NCBI GenBank assembly: GCA_000165345.1
Contig: CM000433.1
Coordinates: 832,001 to 896,000 of the forward strand
Direction: 5' to 3'
DNA length: 64,000 nt
Positions 19,951-30,478 of this stretch are shown one piece after another. The position numbers were made by a program, and so were the translations under genes. A model generated the notes under the pieces. The model did not search any database. It was given only the letters and a program-made list of their open reading frames with translations, and was not told the origin of the DNA. Each line of letters begins with the position of its first letter. The first letter of the stretch is position 1.

Positions 19951-20865
19951 TTATTTAGATTTGTAATTCTCAAACTTTCTCTTTAAAACTCTAATCATAA
20001 ATACAAATGAATTTCTTGCTTCTTCATCATTAAACATTAGACACAAAGTTTTTTTATCAGGTAGATTTATAACACAAGATAATCCTGGTACTGGAGGGTT
20101 TTTAGGATTAACTTTCTTACATTCCTTGAATTCTGGAGCATCAATTCCCAACTCTATATTCTTTATATCAGTTAAATGGACCATTCTATCACTGTTTGAT
20201 GTAACTGAAGATATTTCAAAGAATCCAGAATCTGTAAGCTTTACAATTCGAATAAACTTCTTTCCTGACTTGGCTACTTTAATTAGCTTAATTCCTTCTT
20301 TGTATTGCTTAACAATTTCTCTATACCATTCTGTCAAGTTTTGGAGCATAAATTCTTTCTGTAATGTGTTGAATCTTTGTACACCATTCTTGTCTTTTTG
20401 AGAATATTCATCATCAGAAGATGATGAAGCTTCTTCTTCTCTCAAAATTTCATCTCTTTTCTCTGTCTCAGTTTTTTCGTTCAAATATGGTGTATTAATC
20501 AAACCTTTTGCTTCCATTTCCTTTTCTGTCTTGGTTACATTTTCAAATTCAGAGACTAAAACACTACCAATATCTTTTGTTTGCTCTAGCTTACCGACCA
20601 TTTTACACTGTTTTAATTTGTTTGTATTCCAGTTACCCCATGCCTCATCATCTGAAGGATCTTGCTCTCCTAAAACATGGCCATGCATATCCATTGCAAT
20701 CTTTATCTTGTTCTTATCTGGCATTGTTGCAAATTTCCATTTAAGCTTAAAGACTGAATTTCTTGCATCAGCTCTTGAAGATTCACCTCCTCCTACATAA
20801 TGAACTGCATGGTCATCCATCTGAGCTCTCACTCTTTGTAATCTGGAAACTAATTCACCAGTCAT
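19951..20865 (-). CDS. Hypothetical protein with a probable C-terminal PH-like domain and an acidic Ser-rich linker
   Basis: A 304-aa ORF. The C-terminal segment GKKFIRIVKLTDSGFFEISS...KTLCLMFNDEEARNSFVFMIRVL has a PH/GRAM-like pattern (weak). Confidence 0.6.
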   Translation of the reverse strand: MTGELVSRLQRVRAQMDDHAVHYVGGGESSRADARNSVFKLKWKFATMPDKNKIKIAMDMHGHVLGEQDPSDDEAWGNWNTNKLKQCKMVGKLEQTKDIGSVLVSEFENVTKTEKEMEAKGLINTPYLNEKTETEKRDEILREEEASSSSDDEYSQKDKNGVQRFNTLQKEFMLQNLTEWYREIVKQYKEGIKLIKVAKSGKKFIRIVKLTDSGFFEISSVTSNSDRMVHLTDIKNIELGIDAPEFKECKKVNPKNPPVPGLSCVINLPDKKTLCLMFNDEEARNSFVFMIRVLKRKFENYKSK

Positions 20866-21275
20866 TTTTAATTTGTCAGCAACTCTGAATTACTCAATAA
20901 TATTGTAGCTTTTAATAAACAAATTCCAAAGCTGAAATTAGCCTTGTTTTTTCAAACAATAAAATTTGTTATTCTACTTCAAATAGAATCTTAGTTTATC
21001 TTAAAATGAAATAAATTTTATTTTATTCACGTTTTGTCTAATATTTACATTTATACATTATTTTATCCTGTACGGTATTTTTAGACATGTATTTTTTATT
21101 TGTGCATGCACATTGGAACAATATACAAAAATAATAATGAAGATAATTTAAATTTTAGGCAATTACGGCTCTAAGTTTTCAGTTTCACTCTTTAAATTAT
21201 CATCCTTTTTCAATTTTTTTTTAACTCAATTTTTTAATTATTATTGTGCACATTTTTATTAATGTAATTTTTGAC

Positions 21276-21296
21276 TTGCCGCCAAATGGCGGGAAA
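21276..21296. promoter_or_regulatory. Palindromic double E2F-like site TTGCCGCCAAATGGCGGGAAA in the divergent promoter (gene starts at 20865 and 21417)
   Basis: Inverted CCGCCAAA / TGGCGGGAAA half-sites, read directly. Confidence 0.55.
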
Positions 21297-21416
21297 TATA
21301 TTTATTTAGATTATTAATATTGTATGAAGAAAATAATGTTATGGAATAAATTTTCATAGCAATGGACTTTAAGGACTTATTAATGGGTTAAATTTTTGAT
21401 CCTATATAATTTTTGA

Positions 21417-21977
21417 ATGGTACATAAAATGATAATTCAATCAAAAAATTTTGTAATGGCAAGAAGAGTTCTAGGAACTTCATTACCTCTAATTACTAGA
21501 AGGTCACTTTTTAAAAGTGGGGGAGATATATTTGGAAGAATAAGAAGCAATAAATGGATTACGAATACTTTTGTGAGAAGCTTTACAATGCCAATATCAT
21601 GTAAGAAATTTATTTCAACAATAAACAATAAATTTACAGAGAGTAAGATGGAAATAAAGTCGAAACAAGCTTGCTCAAATTACGATAATAATGAATTAAA
21701 AGATAATCAAGAGAAGGTGGATCTAAATAATATTCAGGGTACTTTGGATTATGGAGAAGATGGATTGTATGTTTTTAGTTGTGTATGTAATGTTTGTAAT
21801 AGCAAGATTACAAAAAAGTTTAGCAAGAAGGCTTATAATGAAGGAATTGTCATAATTAGATGTGATAATTGCAAAAATCATCATCTGGTATCTGATAAGC
21901 TTGGATGGTTTGAAGATAATAAAGATAACTTTGATGTATTTAAGTATATAAATAACAAAGAGATTTCAGTTTGTTGA
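21417..21977 (+). CDS. ZIM17: DNL-type zinc-finger protein, the Zim17/Hep1/Tim15 mitochondrial (mitosomal) Hsp70 escort protein
   Basis: The C-terminal F-S-C-V-C-N-V-C-N-S-K-I-T-K-K-F-S-K-K-A-Y-N-E-G-I-V-I-I-R-C-D-N-C-K-N-H-H-L-V-S-D-K-L-G-W-F matches the zf-DNL signature (C-x2-C...F-S-K-x-A-Y...C-x2-C-x2-H-H-L-I-A-D-x-L-G-W-F). The Arg-rich N-terminus is presequence-like. Confidence 0.8.
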   Translation: MVHKMIIQSKNFVMARRVLGTSLPLITRRSLFKSGGDIFGRIRSNKWITNTFVRSFTMPISCKKFISTINNKFTESKMEIKSKQACSNYDNNELKDNQEKVDLNNIQGTLDYGEDGLYVFSCVCNVCNSKITKKFSKKAYNEGIVIIRCDNCKNHHLVSDKLGWFEDNKDNFDVFKYINNKEISVC

Positions 21978-22009
21978 GGAAAATTCAAACTAGAATTATT
22001 TGATTCTTT

Positions 22010-23224
22010 TTACATCTTAAGCTTATGTTTAACAGCATCGCATATATTATTAACAGTAAGAGAAAGCTTTAGAAGTTTCTGATTACACATTAAAATAGAA
22101 TTTTTGTAATCAAAAGTTGGTTTACAAAGAGAACAATGATGGTATTCTTGAATAAAATCTTCCAAATTAATATTTATAATAGTGTTTGAATCGTAAGTTA
22201 CCCTAGCTGAGAGTATACTTACGTGAGCATTTGCTCTATTTAGATTACTAATAAATCCATTTGGACCATTAAATTGAAATAGGAAAACAAGTTTTCCAGA
22301 ATTAATTAATGCTTTAAATTTTATAGGTAAATAATCATTTTTGATCTGAATTCCACAAAGATGATCTAATTCTTTCCATTCTGTAGGCAATTCAATAGTT
22401 TTTTTAGGATTTAAAGATTTTACTTCTTCAACAACTTTAGTTTGTATTGGAAGTTGTTTTTGATAATCTTTCAATTCAGTATCTTTTTCATTAAATAATT
22501 CATCATAAGATGTATAACATGTTAGATTTAGTACATGCTTAATGGACTGTTTTTTCATCTTCATAAATTCCAAATCATAGATGGTCATTTCGTCTTTGGA
22601 AAAACCAATTTGGTCAGTTGTACCACTTTTTGGTATCAACCTTTCAGCCTTAGCTTTTGAGATAATCTTTTCAATAATAGTTTCTGAATTTTGAGGAACA
22701 ATTTGAGCTTTTAATCTGAGAAGAATTCTGTCATGGATTATAGAGATCATATAATATTTGAAAATTTCATCTTTTAAAATCTTTTCAAAAACCATTTCAT
22801 GCAAAACAGACTCAACTTGTATTATTTTTACTCCTTTTTCAGTTTTCAAATCTTTTTCCAAGAAGTTGTCAAAGCTAACAGTTAACTCAGAAGTATTAAG
22901 TTCTTCTAAAGTCTCAGCTTCTCTATATTGATTTCCAATCTTAATTTGTGGTTTAAGCATTTCTTTTGTAAACCCAATTTTTAGTTCTAATCTGAAAATA
23001 CTACCAAGTTTAGTGATATTTTTAGTCATAGGAGAAGAAACATCAATAAATACAAAATTTGAATTGACTACATATTTGATATCGACATCTAAAATCTTCA
23101 AATTTTTACTATTTTTGAATTCTTCTTGTGCCAACTTTAAGTATAGATCCGGGTTTGTAAGCATAATGGTATTTAAAGATTCTATAATCTCTGATAGTTG
23201 TTCTTCAGGTACATTTTTCATCAT
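22010..23224 (-). CDS. Hypothetical protein (404 aa)
   Basis: Uninterrupted ORF. No family recognised. Confidence 0.55.
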   Translation of the reverse strand: MMKNVPEEQLSEIIESLNTIMLTNPDLYLKLAQEEFKNSKNLKILDVDIKYVVNSNFVFIDVSSPMTKNITKLGSIFRLELKIGFTKEMLKPQIKIGNQYREAETLEELNTSELTVSFDNFLEKDLKTEKGVKIIQVESVLHEMVFEKILKDEIFKYYMISIIHDRILLRLKAQIVPQNSETIIEKIISKAKAERLIPKSGTTDQIGFSKDEMTIYDLEFMKMKKQSIKHVLNLTCYTSYDELFNEKDTELKDYQKQLPIQTKVVEEVKSLNPKKTIELPTEWKELDHLCGIQIKNDYLPIKFKALINSGKLVFLFQFNGPNGFISNLNRANAHVSILSARVTYDSNTIININLEDFIQEYHHCSLCKPTFDYKNSILMCNQKLLKLSLTVNNICDAVKHKLKM

Positions 23225-23563
23225 TATAAAAAACTTTATTTTACATTTGATAATGAAGATAATATAATATTAGTTAATTGATTCAGTTGTGTTGTCAAAA
23301 ATTACTATTTACCGGTTTTACAGGAAATTTTCCATTAAAAAAAAAAAAAATAATTTTTATTTCGTTACCGTAAATACCGGTATAAAGGGTACCGATAAAA
23401 TAATTTGATTAATCAACTTGAGGGAAAAAAAATTTTTCTGTATTGAAGAAAAAAAAAGAAATATATATTTTAATTATCTTTTAACTTTAAAGCTTTATAT
23501 GGGTATTTGAACTTGTTTATATATTTTATATCAATTTTTTTTAAAGAATTTATATATTATAAC

Positions 23564-24727
23564 ATGAATGAATGCGATTTTGAGCAAAAATCTTTAATAA
23601 TAGAAAAAACATTTTCAAAAACACCGTATATAGCTTACAATTTAGAGCCCTTAAACCATTCAAATCCTGATGACAAACAAACATATATTGCATTGTCCAA
23701 TTTAAATGGTAAGAGTTACTATGTAGAAGTTTTAATATATAATAGTGAAAGTAACGACCTTGAAATTGGATATTTATATGATCATATTTTTAGTCCAGTG
23801 GGTGGAGTACATTGGATGCCTAGAAATGAAGTTAACCTTGAAGAAAGTATACTTGGAACAGCTAGTGATAGTATAAGACTCTTTAAAGAAGGAAATTTGA
23901 TTTGTGATTTAAGGCTTAAAGACTTAGAGTTAAATAGTATGCGCTTAGAGAATGTATATAACTCATATCACACAAAAATAACCAGTTTTTCATTTTCAGA
24001 ATATATTGAGGGAGATATAGTTTCTTCAACATTGGATGGAAGGTGTATAATTTGGAGTGTTGATGAAGCAGAACAAATAAAATATTCAAAAGGAGCTATT
24101 TTAGAGAATTTGTTAAATGAATATAAGAGTAGATCTATTCTCAGTATTTCTCAAATGGAGAATTTTACAATAATGGATGTTTGTTTTGGTTATTCCAAAG
24201 ATAATATCATAATAGGAGTAAACAATGGACTTGCAGTTTCTATGGATTTAAGATCTCCTTTTAAACAATCATCCTCACTATTGGCAGATTGTATTTTAGG
24301 GTGGGACACAATTCCAGAACAGAAAATTTCACATACTAAATTATGCTGTATTAAAAATACAAGTTATTTTTGCAGAGGAATTTTATCTAAAGGTATTGTA
24401 GAAATTTTTGATATAAGAAAAACATGTGGTCCATTATTCAAGCTAAATACAAGCAAAACAAATCTAGATTCCTCGGAAAATAATATAGTTTCTATTGAAA
24501 GTAAGAATTCTGAAGAAATACTTATTGCTTATAGCAATGGATTAATCAACACTTTCAATATAAATAAAGAAAATTCATCAAATCCTATTGAATATGAAAA
24601 TAATTTATATACTTACAGCTTTTCATCATTAGATATTTCTAAACAAGTTAATTCTTTTCTTGGAATTTCCAGTGTACACATGCAAAATAATACCGGTATA
24701 AAAATTTCAAAATATGCTAAATGTTGA
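23564..24727 (+). CDS. WD40-repeat protein, probably DCAF7/WDR68 (AN11)-like
   Basis: WD-repeat signature G-D-I-V-S-S-T-L-D-G-R-C-I-I-W-S-V-D. The N-terminal layout (YIAYNLEP...YIALSNLNG...YVEVLIYN...HIFSPVGGVHWMP) parallels WDR68 as I recall it. The first ATG is at 23564; the track ORF begins at an alternative TTG (23507). Confidence 0.6.
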   Translation: MNECDFEQKSLIIEKTFSKTPYIAYNLEPLNHSNPDDKQTYIALSNLNGKSYYVEVLIYNSESNDLEIGYLYDHIFSPVGGVHWMPRNEVNLEESILGTASDSIRLFKEGNLICDLRLKDLELNSMRLENVYNSYHTKITSFSFSEYIEGDIVSSTLDGRCIIWSVDEAEQIKYSKGAILENLLNEYKSRSILSISQMENFTIMDVCFGYSKDNIIIGVNNGLAVSMDLRSPFKQSSSLLADCILGWDTIPEQKISHTKLCCIKNTSYFCRGILSKGIVEIFDIRKTCGPLFKLNTSKTNLDSSENNIVSIESKNSEEILIAYSNGLINTFNINKENSSNPIEYENNLYTYSFSSLDISKQVNSFLGISSVHMQNNTGIKISKYAKC

Positions 24728-24996
24728 CATTTCTGGATGAAACGGCGGGAAGTTCTGCATGCAACACGTAATTAAATAATCTAGTTGGTGGGTTTCTGTG
24801 GATTCTATTGAGAATTTGTGATTTAAATAAATATTTACATTTTTTCAAGAAAATCTATTGTATTTTTTAAGGAATTAAATGTAATCATATAAATACAAAT
24901 ATAAAGGAGTCTTAGTTACTAATTAATTCTAAAAGTAATATTCTAATTTTAACTCTATTTAGATATACTGATATAAATGAGCTTTGTAAAAACTAA

Positions 24997-25971
24997 TTAG
25001 TCTTTTTTCTCTTTAGAAGAGTCGAATTCAGTGTCAACTTCGGAAGTATTTTGTCTAGAATCAAGGAGTATATTATTTTGTGATTCTGGGATTTGCAATT
25101 CATCTATATCATCAAGTTGTGGTTTATTACATTCTTTTTTTCCAGAATTATCAGGAACATCATTTGGATTAAACACATTTTTTACCACCTTATATAACCA
25201 GTAAATATTCATAATGTTAAATAACTCTCCAATAGGGAAAAATATACAAACTCTTGCTTTTGATTTAAAGGTTGGGCCAAACTTAAAGGCATTAAACATT
25301 TGGGTATGAAAGGCATATGGAAGTATGATATTTCTTGTAAAAAAGAAAGCAACAAGGAATAAGTAGCTTACTAATTTACATGACAAAGATGTTGTATCCC
25401 CAATAATATGATAGCAATATCTAATACTTAGAATTACTGTTGAAAACTCTGTAATTATACCAAGAGAAAGTATTTCAATCAAAGGCTGTTCTGATATAAA
25501 ATAAGAAGTTGATAGGGAAATTAAAGATACAAATCCATGGAAAAACCATACAACTGAGTCTTTATTCTGATTCCATTCTCTAATAATTATTGAAACATCC
25601 CATAAAAAATATCCCATAGAATATGAACTAGTAATTAACCAAAAGTTTGGCTTCCCACTATATGGATCTTGTCTAATTTCCCGACTAAATAGTACTATTA
25701 TGGAAAATATTGTTGATAGCAAAGCATGAATTAGGGAAATACCACGAATTCTTAAGTTCCATTTCTTAATTTCCTTTTTTTCACTCTTAATACCTTCAGA
25801 AATCAACTTTTTAACTCTTGAGGGAATAAATAAATACAATACTCTTTCAGTTTTGATCCTCTCTAAATATAGAAAGAAAAATCCAAAAAATATTGTTAAT
25901 ATGAAAACATAACAACGTGAAAAGTTGTAGCCTTCTCTTTCGTTAATTAATCTGATAGCTTCAGCATCCAT
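24997..25971 (-). CDS. Multi-pass membrane protein, possibly TLC (TRAM/LAG1/CLN8)-domain-like
   Basis: 324 aa with about six hydrophobic helices and a hydrophilic acidic C-terminal tail. The family call is weak. Confidence 0.5.
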   Translation of the reverse strand: MDAEAIRLINEREGYNFSRCYVFILTIFFGFFFLYLERIKTERVLYLFIPSRVKKLISEGIKSEKKEIKKWNLRIRGISLIHALLSTIFSIIVLFSREIRQDPYSGKPNFWLITSSYSMGYFLWDVSIIIREWNQNKDSVVWFFHGFVSLISLSTSYFISEQPLIEILSLGIITEFSTVILSIRYCYHIIGDTTSLSCKLVSYLFLVAFFFTRNIILPYAFHTQMFNAFKFGPTFKSKARVCIFFPIGELFNIMNIYWLYKVVKNVFNPNDVPDNSGKKECNKPQLDDIDELQIPESQNNILLDSRQNTSEVDTEFDSSKEKKD

Positions 25972-26557
25972 TTATAATTCTTTTCTTAAAATCTGCTCAA
26001 AAGAATTTTTTTCTTTCTTAAATCACTAATTGTAATATTTAATACCAATCCTAACTATTACTTTATCTTCACCCCAATTATTACTCCTAAGAGCTTAAAA
26101 AATAATATGAAGTAAATAGTTTAGAATTTTATAAATTTTTTTCTATTATGTTTTACCAATTACACCTATTGGTGATGTTTTCTTGGTTTCTTATTCCAAA
26201 TTTTGTATATTATCTTTTATATTTAATATTAAAAAAAATAATTATATATTATTATTAAATCATTTTCCCGCCTTAATATTTTTATTAAGAACTATTTTTC
26301 ATTAGCATGTTACCAAAAGAAGTAAAAAATGTATTCAAGTTGAAAATAAATTATAAAAAAAAGTTATCAAATGTTTTTTCTAAAAAATTTTCCTTCTCTT
26401 GACTACTAATTAATATACATTATACTATGGTAAAATAAATTAAGGAATTTAAAACTTTTTTTTTTAATCAAATTAAGTGCATGCAATATTTATATTAAAA
26501 CTTATGTAGTTTATTATTCAAATAATCTCTATAGTAAATTTAGAAATTAAAATGTTC

Positions 26558-28558
26558 TTAGCTTGCAATAATGTCTAGCTCCTTAATAAACTCAGATGGG
26601 TTAATAAACTCTGTGCAGCCATAAATTATGTTTTTTTGACTCTTCTTTGCATAATTAAGTATATCATGAGCTTCAGTAAAGTTCCCGCCTCCGATAATGA
26701 ATACAATGCCTTGTTTCGGTAAAGTTTTAATTCTTGAAACTTTGCTAGAATCTTGATCATGCATACACGGTTGTTTTGGATCAAAGTAAAGGAATTCATC
26801 GTCCAAATTTGAAGAGCTAGTAGAAAGTTGTGAAGATGAAAAAGATTTCTTTTCCATAATATTGTCAATAATAGAAGTAACTTTGAGAGTTTTGTTAATA
26901 GGAAGCAGGGCTCTAACACCTTGGAGAATGTTTTTTCCTGCCATATCAAATACTTTACCTCCAACATTTTTTGCTAGAGATGTTATTCCTGCTTTGCTTA
27001 AGTTGTTCTCTATTAATATATCTTGTTTATTATATGTTGTAGAATTTCCTAGACCAGAGCTTAAATCTTGGTTATTTAAATTTGATGAAAATCCACCAAC
27101 TCCTGATGAATTCTTTGTTTGAATTTGAGAATTATAAATATATCTAATAATTTTTATTGATGTTGATTGTTCATTGTTAAATAGTTTAATAAGTTGTTCT
27201 ATCTGTTGTTGATTCAAATTTTGTCCATGCCTTTCGTGTAATAAAAGCGATAAAACAACTCTAAGTTTATCATTCTCTAGGAAATTCTTACTAGATTCTG
27301 AGTTGAAAAGAGCTTCAACTTCACTAATACATCCAGATACTGTTGGAATATTATCAAATGATTCCTCAATTTCAAAGAATTTATCTAATTCTCTTTTTTT
27401 AATCTCATCTACAAGCTTTGTAGCAATATTTGTATGGGTATCAATACTTCTCTTCTTTTCTGTCATTTCTGGTAAAGCATGTATAGCAACTGCTAAGTTT
27501 GTTGCCATTTGAGAAGAGTCATCATTATTACAATTTAACTCGGATAACTTTTTATTATATTCTCCAAGCATTTCACTTACAGAATTTGCAACTTGAGTAA
27601 AATGTTCTCCGGAATGTTTAATCCAGAATTCATCATTAGAATCTAAATCAAATACTTTCTTTCCACTACTTGGGTCGTCAATAGTTATTCTATTCAATTT
27701 CAAGTTATAAACATCATGTATTAAACCTTGATAAATCCAGCTATGATTAATCATTGTAGATAGATCAATATCTCGATCAAGAAGGATTAATACTGGTCTA
27801 TTATTAGAATTAATATTTAAAATATTGTTATTTGATTGTCTTAGGATTTCTCGAATCCTTTTATCTAATTCTCTAGCAATCATTTGGCTTGGAGAAAATT
27901 GTTTATTGGAGCATCTGATAATTGGTATTGTTCCTAAGCTAGATAGAACACATATTAATCCTGTAACAATACCATCAATAATAGATTGAATCTTTGAATC
28001 TGTTGTTTTTGAATTAAAAAATTCGGAATAAACTTTATCCATACCTAAACTAAATTTGGTTGGAGATAATGATACAAAGTCCAAATATCTATCAATTACT
28101 TTAGTAATCCTATTAGCATTACCAGTTTCTAAAGCTTTTTTTGCAAAGTATTCCAAAAGTCTATCTGTACAAGGGCTTATGAAATTTACGTAATAACTTT
28201 CATAATATAAATTTCTTAAATCATCGCATAATTTGTCAATATTTTCTTCTGTTGGCTTAATAAAATATAATGCTGGTACTTCTGGTATATTACTTTTTTG
28301 TGTATTTAATTGAATATGTAATGTAACTCCATGATGTCTTAAACTCCCAACCTTCATTAATGGGGATAATATGGTTTGTCCCATTTTATCATAAATCAAA
28401 ACTTTCCAAATATGAGGTCCTTCTAATATCCACACATTATTTTTATTTGTTCCATAAGATCCCATAGAAGATCCTCCAGAGGAATTGTTTACTTGTTGGG
28501 ACAAATTTAACATATTCCCTATAGCTATTTTCTGAGATTCTTGAATATTGAAATCCAT
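26558..28558 (-). CDS. SLY1: Sec1/Munc18-family protein SLY1 (SCFD1), an ER-Golgi SNARE regulator
   Basis: W-K-V-L-I-Y-D-K-M-G-Q-T-I-L-S-P-L-M-K-V-G-S-L-R-H-H-G-V-T-L-H-I-Q-L...I-P-E-V-P-A-L-Y-F-I-K-P-T-E-E-N-I-D-K-L-C-D-D-L-R-N-L-Y-Y-E-S-Y-Y-V-N-F-I-S, and the C-terminal I-V-F-I-I-G-G-G-N-F-T-E...I-I-Y-G-C-T-E-F-I-N-P-S-E-F-I-K-E-L, closely parallel human SCFD1 (recalled). Confidence 0.9.
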   Translation of the reverse strand: MDFNIQESQKIAIGNMLNLSQQVNNSSGGSSMGSYGTNKNNVWILEGPHIWKVLIYDKMGQTILSPLMKVGSLRHHGVTLHIQLNTQKSNIPEVPALYFIKPTEENIDKLCDDLRNLYYESYYVNFISPCTDRLLEYFAKKALETGNANRITKVIDRYLDFVSLSPTKFSLGMDKVYSEFFNSKTTDSKIQSIIDGIVTGLICVLSSLGTIPIIRCSNKQFSPSQMIARELDKRIREILRQSNNNILNINSNNRPVLILLDRDIDLSTMINHSWIYQGLIHDVYNLKLNRITIDDPSSGKKVFDLDSNDEFWIKHSGEHFTQVANSVSEMLGEYNKKLSELNCNNDDSSQMATNLAVAIHALPEMTEKKRSIDTHTNIATKLVDEIKKRELDKFFEIEESFDNIPTVSGCISEVEALFNSESSKNFLENDKLRVVLSLLLHERHGQNLNQQQIEQLIKLFNNEQSTSIKIIRYIYNSQIQTKNSSGVGGFSSNLNNQDLSSGLGNSTTYNKQDILIENNLSKAGITSLAKNVGGKVFDMAGKNILQGVRALLPINKTLKVTSIIDNIMEKKSFSSSQLSTSSSNLDDEFLYFDPKQPCMHDQDSSKVSRIKTLPKQGIVFIIGGGNFTEAHDILNYAKKSQKNIIYGCTEFINPSEFIKELDIIAS

Positions 28559-28930
28559 TTTTCTTCATTTAACTCGATAATTTTTAAGAGTTTTCAAATA
28601 ATTTTATATTATTCAGGCTAATAGAATATTGCAGAAAAAACCAAAATTTTTAAGTTTTTATTTTTAATATTACTTTTAGACTTGGGGATGATCAATTTAC
28701 TGTGTGTTGGTAGTTATTTATCCACTTTCCAAGATCTAAAAGTTTCAAGAAAGAAGGACTTGAACTATTACTTTACCACTAAAAGATCTATCTTCTACCT
28801 TTATTAATCTCTATTCTTTATAAATTTTTATTTACTTTATTCCCACACAAGTATTTTTATTCCCTAGTTTAATTATTTTTATTTATCATAATTATACTGT
28901 TAATATTTCAAAGAGTTGGCGCCAACCCTC

Positions 28931-28980
<50 letters not shown>

Positions 28981-29188
28981 TCTTTTTTAAATTATTAATT
29001 TAAATTGAAATAGTGCAATTTTTGACTTAAGCTTAAACAAATAAAAGTAGGCAGAAAAAAATCTGTGAAAGAGAGGAGTTAAGTATGTAAATATAAAATA
29101 TTTAGTAGAAAATACAGCTGTTATAATGCATTAGTTAATATAAAATGATCCTATAAAGTAAGCTATAGCGATATAATTAGACAATTGA

Positions 29189-29671
29189 TTAAATACTGTC
29201 GTCAGGAATCCACCCAAATACATTAGGTGAAGTGTTAGAATTGATAGATTTGAGATTCTTCTCTTCTTGCTTAATTTTTAATATATCAGCCAATGGGATC
29301 TTCTTGGCATTATATGACTTAATATTCTGGTCAATTAGACCACATAACATTAAATTATCTCCTCTAAATATCATACATCCCTGGTAAATTTCATTATAAC
29401 AATCATTATTACTGAATACTTCAAAAGATCTTTCAAGACATAAACTTCCATATTGATCAAAACTTCTAAAAATACCAGTAAATTGTCTTCCATCTCTCAA
29501 TACAACATATATTTCCTTGTCTAGATCTTCCTCTAAACAAAGCATCCATGATGATAGAGAAGTTTGATTATTATTATTATTATTATTATTACTATTATTG
29601 CTATTTATCTCATCATTTTGATTCGGACTTGAATCTTCATTATGTGTTCTATCGTAATTTAAGTCTCTCAT
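29189..29671 (-). CDS. LSM1: Sm-like protein LSm1 (cytoplasmic Lsm1-7 mRNA-decay ring), with a poly-Asn N-terminal extension
   Basis: L-E-E-D-L-D-K-E-I-Y-V-V-L-R-D-G-R-Q-F-T-G-I-F-R-S-F-D-Q-Y-G-S-L-C-L-E...I-F-R-G-D-N-L-M-L-C-G-L-I-D matches human LSM1 I-E-D-I-D-K-K-H-L-V-L-L-R-D-G-R-T-L-I-G-F-L-R-S-I-D-Q-F-A-N-L-V-L...V-V-R-G-E-N-V-V-L-L-G-E-I-D (recalled). Confidence 0.85.
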   Translation of the reverse strand: MRDLNYDRTHNEDSSPNQNDEINSNNSNNNNNNNNQTSLSSWMLCLEEDLDKEIYVVLRDGRQFTGIFRSFDQYGSLCLERSFEVFSNNDCYNEIYQGCMIFRGDNLMLCGLIDQNIKSYNAKKIPLADILKIKQEEKNLKSINSNTSPNVFGWIPDDSI

Positions 29672-30478
29672 AATAATTTTAAATATAGAATTTATAATAT
29701 ATAAAATATATATGTATATATATATGTATATGCGCTAATTTATAATTATATTTAATTTTGTTTTTTAAACTTTAGCTTATAAAGAAAAATTATTGTTAAT
29801 CTAACACTGGACTTCAATATTAATTCTTAGAAATACCTAACAATATTTCGAATTAAAATATCCAAAAACAAATTATGTGTACTTTTTCTCCTCAAGATTA
29901 ACTAGTCAATAACATGTTAATCAACTTTATTACAGCAGTCTTGAAATATTTTTTTCAATTTTATTAATTTATTAATGTATTATTAGTACCTAGTTATATA
30001 ATTTATATTATTTTTTAGGCGGGAACTCATTTGTAATATTTCCGGTATACAAAGTTACCATTAAATTTTTTTTTTTAATAAATAAAAAAAAAAGACGGTG
30101 TGGCGCCTCTTTTTTTTTTTAATTTAATAACTTATAATTTAAATAATATTATTAGCGAAATTGATAATAATTAATTAGAACAACTATTAAATAAATTAAT
30201 AAAAAGTGATCATTAAATAATACAAGTTAATAATTTGGCGTCTACATATACAACATAATATAAAAAAAAGGTCAAATTAAATATAAATATTAATTAATAA
30301 TTAATATTAAGCATAATCAAGTCTAGCTTATTTTCTTTTTTTTTTAAGGCATACTGAAAAAAAATAATAAACTTAAAAGAATTTTCCACTGACTGATTTT
30401 TCTTCAGTTTATTTTCTTTTATTCTCACCACAAATAATAATTCAATAATTTCATATATAGTTCAAGAGCTGATTTACC

